This document shows, one piece after another, positions 27,836-40,300 of a DNA stretch of 64,000 nt. Numbering within the stretch: position 1 is the stretch's first letter; each line of letters starts with the position of its first letter. Source of the DNA: Mytilus edulis (taxonomy: Eukaryota); NCBI RefSeq assembly GCF_963676685.1, contig NC_092351.1, positions 34,968,001 to 35,032,000 on the forward strand, given 5' to 3'. The notes beneath the pieces were generated by a model, which saw nothing but the letters and a program-made list of their open reading frames with translations, was not told where the DNA came from and searched no databases. The position numbers and the translations under genes were made by a program.

Positions 27836-29039
27836 TTTTCCTATATGATTGCCTATTGTTTCACCCCAAAACATAAAAAAATATGTTGTAGATATCAAGC
27901 ATCTTGAAAATGTCAGTTTAAGAGAACTATCAAAAATATCATTGAAAAAAGATCTTGCAAAATACGAATCAATCGAAGAGCTATCAAAGTACAGACGAGG
28001 AAGCTATAACATTATGAATAATTATTGTAAACACAATACTATGCTTGCTAATTGTGTAAGTCATTACAATACAAACAAAACAAAAATTAAAAATAAAATC
28101 TAACTTCAACATTTTGGACATGACTTGAAGGGCGGATGACACTTTTTTGATCGTTTACACAGTTTTAATTTTCCAACTGGTGATGAGACTCCTTTAAAAG
28201 AACCTTGACCTATAATTGTTTACTTTTATAAGTTGTTATTTAGATGGAGAGTTGTCGCATTGGCACTCATACCACATCTTCGTATACCTATTATATATTT
28301 ATTTGTTTGTTTATTTATTTGTGATTTTTAACAAATAAAGAAAACGAAATGCAATTTATCAATTGTTATATAAATCCCATACTATAAAACAAAATAAATA
28401 ATAAATAAAATATTACCATTTAGATTTGAATAATTTCAAGACGAAAATCGCGCGAAACGCACAAAGTTATAAGCATGGTTCCTAATGAGGTTTTGTTTTG
28501 TTTTTTAAACTGCAGTCTTTTTGGATATCCATACAAATAAAAACAATTCCAAACCTTTACCATTACGTTGAACAGCTGCTCCAATTTCCCTTTACAAGTA
28601 ATCATTTAAAGTTGAAAAAGGCAGGATCTGTTCTTTAGTAACTCTCTTTTCAATACAAATCATTAAATTAACAATTCTAGACAATATGGGCAAACTTACA
28701 TATCGTAAGAATTTTCCTTTCTAAATATAAACATAGTAAAAAGGATGACCATTAGAGTTAAAATATGTTTCTGGTCTATTCTTCGATGAACTATTTGGAT
28801 TGGACCTGGTTATTTGAGGAAACTATCTGTTATACAATGTTATAAGTTGGATATCACCTTAAAACTGTTGACTTTCATAAATCTTGAACAAACATGAAAT
28901 CAATTATATAAGACCCATAAAACAAGGAACAATTTTATATATTTATATAAACGATAATACTTGTAATTAATAAATACATCTGCTTATTCTAATTACATTG
29001 TTCTGGTAACATACTTTTTTTTTAGCAGAGTATTTCTTA

Positions 29040-29575
29040 TTATCTTACCTCATATACATTTCTAGGAATATGATTGGTTAAAAGCGTCCTCGTGGAAACC
29101 GTGTATATTTAATATTAGGTTAGTTGGGAGGCGGGGCTTATTTCATACACGGTTAGTAGCGGAGTTACGTCTCTTTATATTCCATATAAGGTAATAAGGA
29201 GGCGGGGCTTATTTCATACACCGTTAGTAGTGGTGTTACGCCCCTTTAAAAAAACAAAACAGTACTGAGAAAAAATCTTAAAGGTTTCAACAGACGAAGA
29301 AAGTGATGATAAAGTGAAATAAATTCACAAAACACATTTGAATCTAACAAGTTGTCATTGTTGGCATCTGTTTTTGTAGGATCACAGGAAGTAGTTTCGT
29401 AATCATGTTAATGCTAACTGTATTGAAGACTTGCTAATTTTGTTAGGTTACTAGTCTAAATTTTACACGTTAAGATAGTCGGTTAGATAAATTCGTTACA
29501 TAGTGTGCTAGTGACGTAATACGATTTACTGACCCCATATATACCGTATTAGGTCACTAGCACACTATGTAACTA
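29040..29575. mobile_element. MITE-like element with terminal palindrome (gttacatagtgtgctagtgac...gtcactagcacactatgtaac)
   Basis: Hairpin 29495-29573; relatives at ~39620-39713 + 41344-41365, ~43985-44045 and their mirror copies. Confidence 0.6.
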
Positions 29576-29876
29576 ATAATCTCGTCGTATTGTAAGTGTT
29601 ATATATATAAATGTATCTAAAACCATGTTATTTGGATATATGTTATTATTTGAGGAAAGTTTTTTTTAACTATCTGATATACAATAATATAAGTTGGAGA
29701 TCACCTTAAAATTGTTGACTCTCATAAATTTTGAACAAAAAGGAAATCAATTGAATAAGATCCATAAAACAAGAAACAACTTTATATATTTATATAAACG
29801 ATTATACTTGTGATAAATAAATAAATATGTTTATTCTAATTGCATAGTTCTGGTAACATACTGGTTTTTTTTATAT

Positions 29877-30894
29877 ATGTAGGACTCGATAGTACGATGG
29901 TCATGCTAAAGTGCGATGATATCAGCTAAAATGCGATGGTGTCTCACGCTAAAGTACGATGGATGATTGTTTGCTAAAGTACGATGGTATAGCACGCTAA
30001 CGTGCGATGGAACAATGGGATTAACTTAATTTTGAAATTTAATACATGGATATTAAAACAAAATAAGTCTTTTTGCAAAACTTAGTATGCTAAGGTATAC
30101 CATAGCAAGTGATAGGCTTTATCTTGTGGAGAGTTGTCTCATTGGCAACCATACCACATCTTCTTTTTTACATTTATGCTTCACTGGTAGGCTTATTTGA
30201 TGGTTTCTAAATTTAGAAGTCTGACCACGTAATAATGGCTAAAAATGTAATCTAGATGTCACAAAATAATATATTTCCTGTAAATGATTTTTTAACATTC
30301 GGAGGTATTGTGTATTAATGTACATGTAGATTGCTGTTCACACAGTTTTTTTAAAAATATAAATGTAAACACCTCCCCTTACAGTCGTCAGTTGCAACTA
30401 CAAAATTTTATCATTGTCGGAATAAGTAAAATGTATTTGATTTGTAGAAAGCTTTATTATTAATTAAGATGCGAGAAAAACGGAGTTCGTTCAGCTTTCT
30501 TTTTTTTTCCGTATCGAGTACAAAATCATGTTATATTTACCAACAATGTACAAATTGCTGTTTTAGTCGACAATTTATAATTTACGCTTCAAACTTTATT
30601 TAACAGACGTAACTTTTCAATAAAAACGATAATACTTTCAATGGGACGACCACAAAGTAAACGGCAACGTCAACATTCTCAATTATATCTTCCGGCATGT
30701 TAAATATTGTACATATTTGGTTTGTTTAAACGACTGTTAACGTCATAATCAATCCACGTTTTTTTCGTCTATACTTTCGCGGACCATCGGACTTTAGCGT
30801 ATAAAGGCATCGCACTTTAGCGCAGACCATCGCACTTTAGCGTGGCCATCGTACTTTACCGTTCCCACCGCACTTTAGAGTACTAGTCCTACAT
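29877..30894. mobile_element. Non-autonomous DNA transposon with subterminal repeats
   Basis: TIRs atgtaggact / agtcctacat in TATA context; ~5x gctaaagt(g/a)cgatgg left and inverted ccatcg(c/t)actttagc right. Confidence 0.75.
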
Positions 30895-31130
30895 TTATAA
30901 GCAAGGTAGTTTTTAATCTCGTCGTATTGTAAGTGTTACATATAAATGTATATAAATCCTTGTTATTTGGATATATATTAATACTGGCACAATACCTATT
31001 GTAGCTTTTTCATTGTCCTTCAATGTTGTAGGGTTTGACATTTTTAACAAACGTTGTCAAACATGTTGTAACAATATAAAGTTATTGTAATTTTATATTT
31101 GTGCTAACCAGCTGTTTCGGGCACAAAAAA

Positions 31131-31138
31131 TATATAAA
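31131..31138 (+). promoter_or_regulatory. Candidate TATA box of the GGKY-repeat gene
   Basis: TATATAAA ~80 bp upstream of ATG 31215. Confidence 0.4.
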
Positions 31139-31214
31139 CTAGAACTGAATCTTGATTATCGTCAGCTTCCCAATAAAACGTGAAAGAGAACTGTTAAACT
31201 CAAATATTACAGAC

Positions 31215-33523
31215 ATGAAGTTATTCGGAATCATAGTCCTTGTTGCTCTGTTGATGGTGGCATCAGTTACAATGCCAGTTGGTGAGTAGAAAAAAGACTG
31301 ATACCATGTGTCGGAATCGAAAGTGACTGGAAACAAGTACTTGTGGTCTGTGCTCCAATTTTACCGATTGCGTTCTATTACTGATTTTGACATTTCAACT
31401 GAGAGCGAATTTGCATGACGAATGTTAATGACGAATGATTATGACGAATTTTAATGACTAATGTTAATGACGAATGTTAATGACAATGCACATCCATTTT
31501 CCATTGTAGTGAAAACAATTCCCTCAGTTTTCGTTAGTTAATGAAATTGGGAATGGAAATGGGGAACATGTCAAAAGACAACAACCCGACCAAAGTGCAA
31601 ACATTTGATTGTCATCTCCTAATGGACCTGATTGAGCATCAATAAACTAATAAACGTCTTAATTTGAAGATGTCATCCGCATTTTTTGGTTTGGTTCGTT
31701 TTCATTTAAACTTGACATGTATATGTTAAGGACATATGTTTACTTGCTTGTCGGTGAAATTGTGACTAGGAGATATAACTGTATGCATTACTCATTACTG
31801 TAAATTCAGAAATTATTGCGTGCATTTATTATTGCGACTTTGTTATTTTAGACTTGAATGCGATTTAAATTTTTACGATTTTGAGAAAAATCCTGTTAAA
31901 TTCATATAAAATATTTCAAAATGCGAGTTTAAATTATTGCGTTTACAACTCAGTCGCATTTTTCGCAATAATAAAAACCTCGCATTAATTTCTGAATTTA
32001 CAGTATTTTGATCATTTTAGATGCCTATGGAATATATAACAGAAGGAGTAAAAGTAAAGGAGGAAATTCTGGTGGAGGGGTGAGTGAACATTTTTATTAT
32101 TTATATATGATCTAGGAATTAAGAAAACTGTTTTTGTTTCATTGTTCTAAACGCACATGCATATCATATCTACATACATGTAAACAGGATAAAAATAATA
32201 TGGATTGTGTATGCCTGGTTAATTTTGAAAAAATATGTAAAAAGAAAATATCAAAAATACCAAAACGTCAACCAATAACTGTAAAACATATATTTTGTAA
32301 GTGGGGTTATAAAATTTGTTTACCTCTTGATGCTCCGAATGAATAAAAAATCATACACATGTAAACTAACTGGAGACAAATTGCTACATTTTATGTTGTT
32401 AATACAAACAAAGGATCTGCAATCTGCTTGAATTAGACGGCAGTATACATATGTAGCAAATCAACCAACCGTTTCAAAATATTGGCGTTGTTTAACTCCA
32501 ATTATTTATTTCAAAAGGTAATAATTTATTGTTCGAACTAATTTTAGAGCCCAACACATTTGTGCGATATCTTAGTTTGGTAACAAAAAATAGGAAAACT
32601 AAAAAAATGTATATTCAAACTGGTAAGTCAAAAGAATATGAATGTGCCTTGAACATTGATCTAGTATGTTTAGAATTGAGCCGATCGGTCATATTTATAT
32701 TTCGGTGACCATACCACATCTTCTTTTTTACATTTATGCTTCACTGATAGGCTTATTTGATTGTTTCTACATTTAGAAGACTGACCACGTAATAATGGCT
32801 AAAAATGTAATCTAGATGTCACAAAATAATATATTTCCTGTAAATGATTTTTTAACAATTCGGAGGTATTGGGTATTAATGTACATGTAGATTGCTGTTC
32901 ACACAGTTTGTGTTTTTTAAATATAAATGTAAACACCTCCCCTTACAGTCGTCAGTTGCAACTACAAAATTTGGTCATTGTCGGAATAAGTAAAATGTAT
33001 TTAATTTGTAGAAAGCTTTATTATTAATTAAGATGCGAGAAAAACGGAGTTCGTTCAGCTTTCTTTTTTTCCCGTAGCTCCGTAAAACAAACACAATATA
33101 ATACAAATTTTAACAAAATACAACAATACATCTTATTGTTATAAACTTAGTGGCATTGTAGTTTGATGAGTTTGTGTGTACCCTGGAGAAACAAACATCA
33201 CATATTAATTATCATTAAACATGTTAACGCTAGTCTTACACAATAGCAAGATCAATCAATACATCTACTGCAATGATCTCTTTCTTAACTGTATCTCAAT
33301 TGTTTTACAGAATAGTGGTCATGATCACTTTCTTAAATATGTCTAATTTATTTTACAGAACAGTGATCATGGTGGTAAATATGGTAGATATGGCGGTAAA
33401 TATGGTGGTAAATATGGCGGTAAATATGGCGGTAAATATGGTGGTAAATACGGCGGTAAATATGGTGGTAAATATCATGGTTACCATGGAGGATCTGCCG
33501 GAAGTTACCGGTATAGAGGCTGA
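31215..33523 (+). CDS. Small secreted Gly/Tyr/Lys-rich protein (96 aa), mussel-foot-protein-like; exons 31215-31281, 32021-32079, 33359-33523
   Basis: MKLFGIIVLVALLMVASVTMPVDA-YGIYNRRSKSKGGNSGGG-NSDHGGKYGRY(GGKY)7HGYHGGSAGSYRYRG*; two gtgagt donors, tttag/tacag acceptors, phases 1 and 0 match; AATAAA at 33551. Confidence 0.85.
31415..31484 (+). repeat. 13-bp minisatellite (atgacgaatgtta) x~5 in intron 1
   Basis: Direct reading. Confidence 0.85.
31798..32003. mobile_element. Tc1/mariner-type MITE at the 3' end of intron 1
   Basis: TA|CTGTAAATTCAGAAATTA ... TAATTTCTGAATTTACAG|TA. Confidence 0.85.
32708..33076 (+). repeat. ~365-bp direct repeat of 30148-30513
   Basis: accataccacatcttctttttt...cggagttcgttcagctttcttttttt.ccgta nearly identical in both places. 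Confidence 0.9.
33371..33475 (+). repeat. Coding 12-bp tandem repeat ggYggtaaataY (GGKY)
   Basis: 8 units, differing only at synonymous third positions, plus one GRY variant unit. Confidence 0.95.
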
Positions 33524-34344
33524 GGTTGACATTTCTGCTTATTAGAAAAGAATAAATTATACATTGATTATATTTTTGTTACTGAAACATAGTTGGTGGT
33601 TATGATTAGGCCAAACGTGTTGCAAGTTTAAGTGACGACGTCTGACAAAATACACTCAAAGTCACAGTGGATGACAAACAAAGAAAAATTCTAAACTGTG
33701 TATCAGATGAATACAAAATAAAATAAACAGTAAATTACATTTAATTGAATCGCCGCTGCTAAAACTAAAAAACGGGATCAAAATATAAATACAAAATTGA
33801 TATTCAAAGTTAAAAACAAATTAAAAAATAGATATGACAAAATAGCAAACTAGACTTTTTACCGTCTTTCAAGTAATAACCTTTATTTTGACCTAAAATG
33901 AAATCAGATCGGCGCAAATTTGACAACTCAATGATAAGCGTTAAATATTAAAAAAAAAACCAAGCTCATATGAATCGCTGAAATCTTGTTGTAGGAATAT
34001 AAAAAAACAATATCGATTATCTTCTGTAATCAATACGGAGTAAATTGTTTAAGTGTTATCTTTTCCACACTATGGCGAGTACTCTTTTTTGTACCTATGA
34101 GAATATTTTTTTGACAATATCTGAATATCTGAAACAGTAACAGATGTTTCACTAAAAACACAATGGGTAAATAAATGATATGATATGCTACATTTATCGG
34201 ACTAGTTGTATTGCAAGAATAAACAAAAGAAGTTAAGTTTAACACAACATGAAATGGCAAAATCAAAAGCTACTTAAAAAACTAACAACTAAAAGCAAAT
34301 TTAAAAAAAAAATTATATCCAAATCGAAGACTGCTAACAGCTGT

Positions 34345-37300
34345 CTAAAAGTAACATCCAAGACAAACAGTTTCCACATTTAAACATTTGCCGTAGAATC
34401 TCCATCCGGCTTCAGCACGGCTGGTAATCTACACACGCAGAACATTTGGTTCTGCAATGAAAACCGTGAGAGGATTTTCCGGTTGTGCTTGAGTGGAGTA
34501 ATTGTCACCGCTTCAAAAGGTATGTACATTTCTAAATCTCAGTTTTCTCATTCAACTGATCAAAATATTGAAAATCGGAGAATGCTATGCTGTGGTGAAT
34601 ACTTTAACGAAGAGATACATGTATCATTTACTGTTGTACGTAGAGTTGAACTCCTACAAAATCAGTTGTCCCACGAGATATTGCCTAAAAAAGTGACATT
34701 TCAATTTTGAAATGGTTCTATTTACAGACCTACAAGTTCAAATTTAGTTTTTTTTCGTGCAATGGGTATGAATGTTGTTTTTGGAGGCGTGTGCGCTGTC
34801 CTGTGTTGATAGACGTCTTAATAATTCCAAAAACTACATTTTTTCATGAAGTCATGTCACTTAATATGTGATAACTATGGTTAATAACATAATAAATCTA
34901 CAAACGCATGCCCACGTAATATTCAGAAAGTCTACATATGAATCCATATTTCATATGTGGACGTGGCGCGCGTCTGACGTATTAAAATTTTGAACCAGGT
35001 ACCTGTTGTTGGCTATTAATCATTTGTTTCTCTGTCCTATATTTTCTCCCATTTATTTGTATTGTAGTCCTCTCATGTAATATTTTCATTGTTATGTTAT
35101 AATTAACATTGCCTTTAAATTTGGAGGTTTGGCATGCAACAAAACCAGGTTCAACCCACCTTTGTTATCTTAAAATGCCATGTACCAAGTCAGGGAAATG
35201 ACCATTGTATATTATAGTTCGTTTCTGTGTGTGATACATTTTAATGTTGTATTTCTGTTGTGTCGTAGTTCTCTTATATTTGATGCGTTTCCTTCAGTTT
35301 TAGTTTGTAACTCGGATTTGTTTTTTCTCTATAGATTTATGAATTTCGAACAGTGGTATACTACTGTTGCCTTTATTCATACTTGGACAACAAATAATTA
35401 TGATGTGTACTGTTCCCTTTTAAAATTTTCGTTTTCAATTATGTAACAGAATTTACGTTTGGCATTTCGAACAGACCATGTTATTCAGCAATTATCATGA
35501 CATGCCCGTATATAATATGTAAATGAAGTTCGATTATTATATCAGCATATTTATTATTCGAGCCTTCAACTACTTATGGAAGTGTTGTTTTTTTTTTTTT
35601 TTTTTTTTTTTTTTATCTTTTATCTGTTACAGTATTGCAGTTATTGTATTGTCAGATTATTCTAATGCATTTCTTTTTATACACATGTAATTTCGAGTTC
35701 TGGAATCAAAAGTGTGTCTGATTACACTTTCGACTAGTTTTGACCCTTGGTAACAACATCTATTATAGTTTAAAATATACTTGCTTTCTCTAAATTATAC
35801 AACATGACTGGTTAAAATTCATTGGAATCCGTAAATCGTTTTTTTTTTTATTTATTGATTTCTGTCTCATTAAATGTGCTCCTAATTTTCTAAAGAGCGG
35901 TTTTCTAACTATTCAAATATCACAGTATCGTGTGTCAAGATATAAAAAAGAAAAGCAAATTCTAGATTCATGCACATGTGAAACCATACTTAACAATAAT
36001 GTTCAATCATCAATCAAAAAAATACTTACGAAACGAAAACTACATTTTATCGAGGACATGCCTTGTACCTTGTTTATTTTAGACTTTTAATAGTTTTGAT
36101 AAGTGTTTTACATTATTAATATTCAAATATGCGAATATTGAGTCTAATAGCTGAAAATGAGTTTGACAGCCAGTACCCCAGTTAAAAAAAATGTTTTTTT
36201 TTTTATACAAACCTAGTCATGGCACTGTTGAAATGAATACCCATGCAAGTCCTTGACATAACACAGCTTACAGCACACACTGATTTTGAACATTTAATTT
36301 CGTCGACTACAACCATATCAGACCTGGTATTATCCATAGTACAGCTGTCAAAATATCCGATAAAGTTGTCTGAAACTATTTTAAATGTGTTTAATATATT
36401 TATAAAAAAAAAGCTTTATTCAAACCACTATAGAATATGAAGAGGTTTAATTTTCGAAAGTGAATGAGGATTTACGATAAGGTTTTTTTTTGGCCTATCA
36501 AAATATATATGAAAAACAAAAGTGAAATGTAAAGTACGACATGTGAAGTTTCATTTGCGTGATAAAACTGTTCATGCTTTTGCATGCGCATAAAAAATAA
36601 CTGGTATATCTTTTCATAGTTCTAGTATTGCTATTTATTCAAACCAATTGTAACAGTCTACAATTGAGAATGGAAATGGGGAGTGTGGCAGTAGTTTTGA
36701 CACTAAAAAATGTAATGGTTGTTGTAAAAACACTGGATCAAATTATACAGGAGAGAAAAGAACATATGTTTTAGTTGAGTTTAGTATCTCATGCATGAGT
36801 TTTAATAATTAATTGTTTTTGGCTTTTAACTAGCTGTCAGTAATTGCGAGTACTCTCAAATCGTACTTTCTTGTTCATTTGACCTGTTGATACTATTTGT
36901 AATGCTTAAATCTGTACAGGGAAGTGTTATACAGCTCTAATTTTATAGTTTTATTGTTGATATTCACCTCATATGTATCTAGTGTTAAATTAGGTATTTA
37001 TATTACAGAACTGTCTTGGTATTTCTTATTCTTCTTCTTTTTCAGGAAGTCTACCCTATCTGCAGCGTCACCGCATTTAAAATATGTGTCTATTTTTAAA
37101 AATGCGTTATTAGAAATTTTATGTACTAGTTAAAATTTTAACAATAACAGTAACAGAATATTAAAAATTAGTTAAAAAACAGGTACTTGTATTTACACTA
37201 TACATTTTAAAATGGATAAAAATACTAACTTATCAGTTGTTTGTAAATTTCTCTTTGAAAAGAGAAAGTGATATGATTTACTATTCCGTATTAATAATGG

Positions 37301-40300
37301 GTAAATTTATGCACTTGTGTGGTTTCATATTTAGTTTACATTACTTTGTAGTAATTTAAATCTCAATGGTAAAAATAAAAATATAAATAAGAGAAAAAAC
37401 TCTATAAAGATTAGTAGAGGTCGTATTTGAGAAAATTTTATATACACAGAAGTAGTATACCTAAATCGACAAAGTTATATTTACCTGTATATATTATGTT
37501 TTTTATTCAAAAGTGAGTTGTTAAATATTTTGCGGTTTTTTGGTTTTTGGCCTTGAATGTCTGTCTCTAATATTTTATTAACCGTGTATTTGCACTCAGG
37601 TAGTGCAGTTCAAATTTATTCGTTCATAGTGTGTTTATTTGCCTTTTGTTTGATTAAGTTAAGCCTTCCCATTTATATTTTATCGTGTGTTTTTCTATGT
37701 TGTGATGTTATACTAAAAACGGAGCAGGTTTGGTACCATTAAAACGTTTAATCCCGCTGCAAATGTTTGCACTTGTCCTAAGTCAGGAATCTGATGTACA
37801 GTAGTTGTCGTTTGTTTATTTAATTTATACGTGTGTCTCGTTTCTCGTTTTTTATATAGATTAGACCGTTGGTTTTCCCGTTTGAATGGTTTTACACTAG
37901 TAGTTTTGGGGCCCTTTATAGTTTGTTGTTCGGTCTGAGCCAAGGCTCCGTGTGAAAGGCCGTACATTGACCTATAATGGTTTACTTTTATAGATTGTTA
38001 TTTGGATAAATAGTTGCATCGTTGGCACTCACACCACATCTTCCTTTATTTATGTTAAAGTACTGCACCGACTCCAGAAAATGTATGGACTTATTATATT
38101 ATATCTTTTATTCTGATTAAACAATATATGCTCATCGTATATTTCTTTTTTATTTTAAGATCACAATTGAAATTTTTATCCACCAAGAGTGTACACGATT
38201 TGTTTTTTTCCTACCGGAAGTTAAACCCCTGCCAAAGCGGACCGTCTATTAAGCTGTGTGAAATATACAAATAAGGAGCAATGTACTGTAAGAATTTGGA
38301 CAATAGAGTCAATGCCTCAAAATTACCTTCAAATTGTATTCTCCAACTTCCTAACATACCATAGGTTGTTAATACTCCAATAGCTTTCACTTCAAACTGA
38401 GGTGCATTTGTCAAATATCCCAATACGTTTTCATCAACGACAATCCCAGTTCCTAATTTAATGTCTCCATCTGCCCAACTAATCCAGAATGGTAGATACA
38501 CAGTGCAGTTAAATATATTCGGTGTAAGAAATTTAGAAAAAATCCTGCTTCCAGAATCTAACGAATCGTCAGCGCGATAGATAATGTAGGTTTCATAAGT
38601 ATCAAATCCAATATCAATCTCATACATTGGTTCTGACGAGATTCTGAAATCAGAACTTGACAGAAGGACATGTGCTCGACCACATCTCTTTAATTCAAAT
38701 ACTAACGACGTTATTCCACTAAGGTCCAGTTTATACCTATTTACGTCAATAGTGAAATCCATGACATCAGGTGTAAACCATGAACCTACTTTACCGTTGA
38801 CCTGGGTTGATACAGTGGTTGTTATATGTACACCTTAAAAAAAACCGTATATCATAAAACATATATCGCAAATACATCGTATATATCTATGTGAAGCCAA
38901 GGTGATCGAGTGGTCTAGCGTGTCTAGTGCAGTCGATTTGTTGTCACGATATCTCAGTTGCATCTCTTTCGATCCCGGCGAAGGGGGATCAAAACAATTG
39001 CGAAAGCAAATTTACAGTAACATTGTTGGGCTGATGTTAAGACGAATTCTATATATATATATATATGTTATATATATATATTTTTTTCTTACTCCTATAT
39101 ATTTATAAAGATATGATTGATTAATTTAAAAGGACTAAATGTCGTGACTACGTCTATTTTGTATAGGGTGCCCTAAAAATACATGGCTAGTTACCATATA
39201 GGGTTAGCCACCATATGGACCTATAAAGGAATTACTTCCCTTTCAAAACAATAAAGATGCCACAATCCTTTATTACATAAAAATAACACGGTGTTGAGGA
39301 CAAATCTAATTCAACAGACGAAGAAATTGATGATGAAAGGTTGAATAAGTTCATAAAACATAATTAAAGCCAACAAGTTATTATTGTTGGCATATGGGAG
39401 TAACTTCCCTTTAAAAAAAAAAGAAAAAAGAAATTTGAAAGAATTTAACCAACGAAGAAATTGATACATATAATAAACGATTGAAATAAATTCATAAAAC
39501 GAATATGAAGCTAAAAAGTTGTTTGCATTTGTTTTCTGTATAGACAAATGGAAGTAGAATTTACTAAGTAATGAACACTTGATCACTATGAGATGTCGCT
39601 AGTCCAAATACCACATGTGAAGATAGTCGGTAAGATAAATTCTGTATACGGTGTGCTAGTGACCATCCCATATGGAATTTACTGACCCCATATATATCAT
39701 ATTAGGTCACTAAAAGAGGGACGAAAGATACCAAAGGGACAGTCAAACTCATGAATCTAACACAAACTGACAACGTCATGGCTAAAAATGAAAAAGACAA
39801 ACAGAAAAACAATAATACATGACACAACATAGAAAACTAAAGAATAAACAACACGAACCCCACCAAAAACTAGGGGTGATCTCAGGTGCTCCGGAAGGGT
39901 AAGCAGATCCTGCTCCACATGTGGCACCCGTCGTGTTGCTTATGTGATTACAAATCCGGTAAATAGTCTAATTCGGTAGGTCACATTCATGAAAGGGAAG
40001 GGGATTGTAGTTACGACGCAAGGAACATATCCGATATCATTTGTGAAACGGTTATTCCATAACGGTCAACCAACTCGTGATGGCGTCCGTAAAATTTACG
40101 AAGGGATGATTTCAACTTCACCATTTGGAACTCTTGGTTTAATAGCTTCCTTGTGAGCAGTAACCCTCTATCAAGAAAATCATGATAGGAAATGCAAGCA
40201 CGGGAATATCGTATCAATTGGGAGATATATACCCCGTATCCAGGTGCTGCTGGAATGTTGCTACTTAGAAATAGAAAGTTCACAATTGGAAAGCTGAAAT

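Larger units (their letters stand above)
28790..30975 (+). repeat. ~300-bp tandem unit (about 2.2 copies), each copy split by a different transposon
   Basis: ttatttgaggaaa...aagttgga.atcaccttaaaa...ttctggtaacatact at ~28810 and ~29647; aatctcgtcgtattgtaagtgtta at 29578 and 30915. Confidence 0.75.

Noticed and set aside
33273-33545. ORF-track protein with MVVNMAVN repeats
   Set aside because: Wrong frame of the GGKY exon; repeat variation is synonymous only in the GGKY frame, which also fits the splice phases
34945-34995. Hammerhead remnant in repeat family A (tatgtggacgtggcgcgcgtctgacg)
   Set aside because: Only the palindromic cgcgcg-tc part resembles minimal type I hammerheads; CUGANGA is absent and GAAA is altered, so it cannot be called functional
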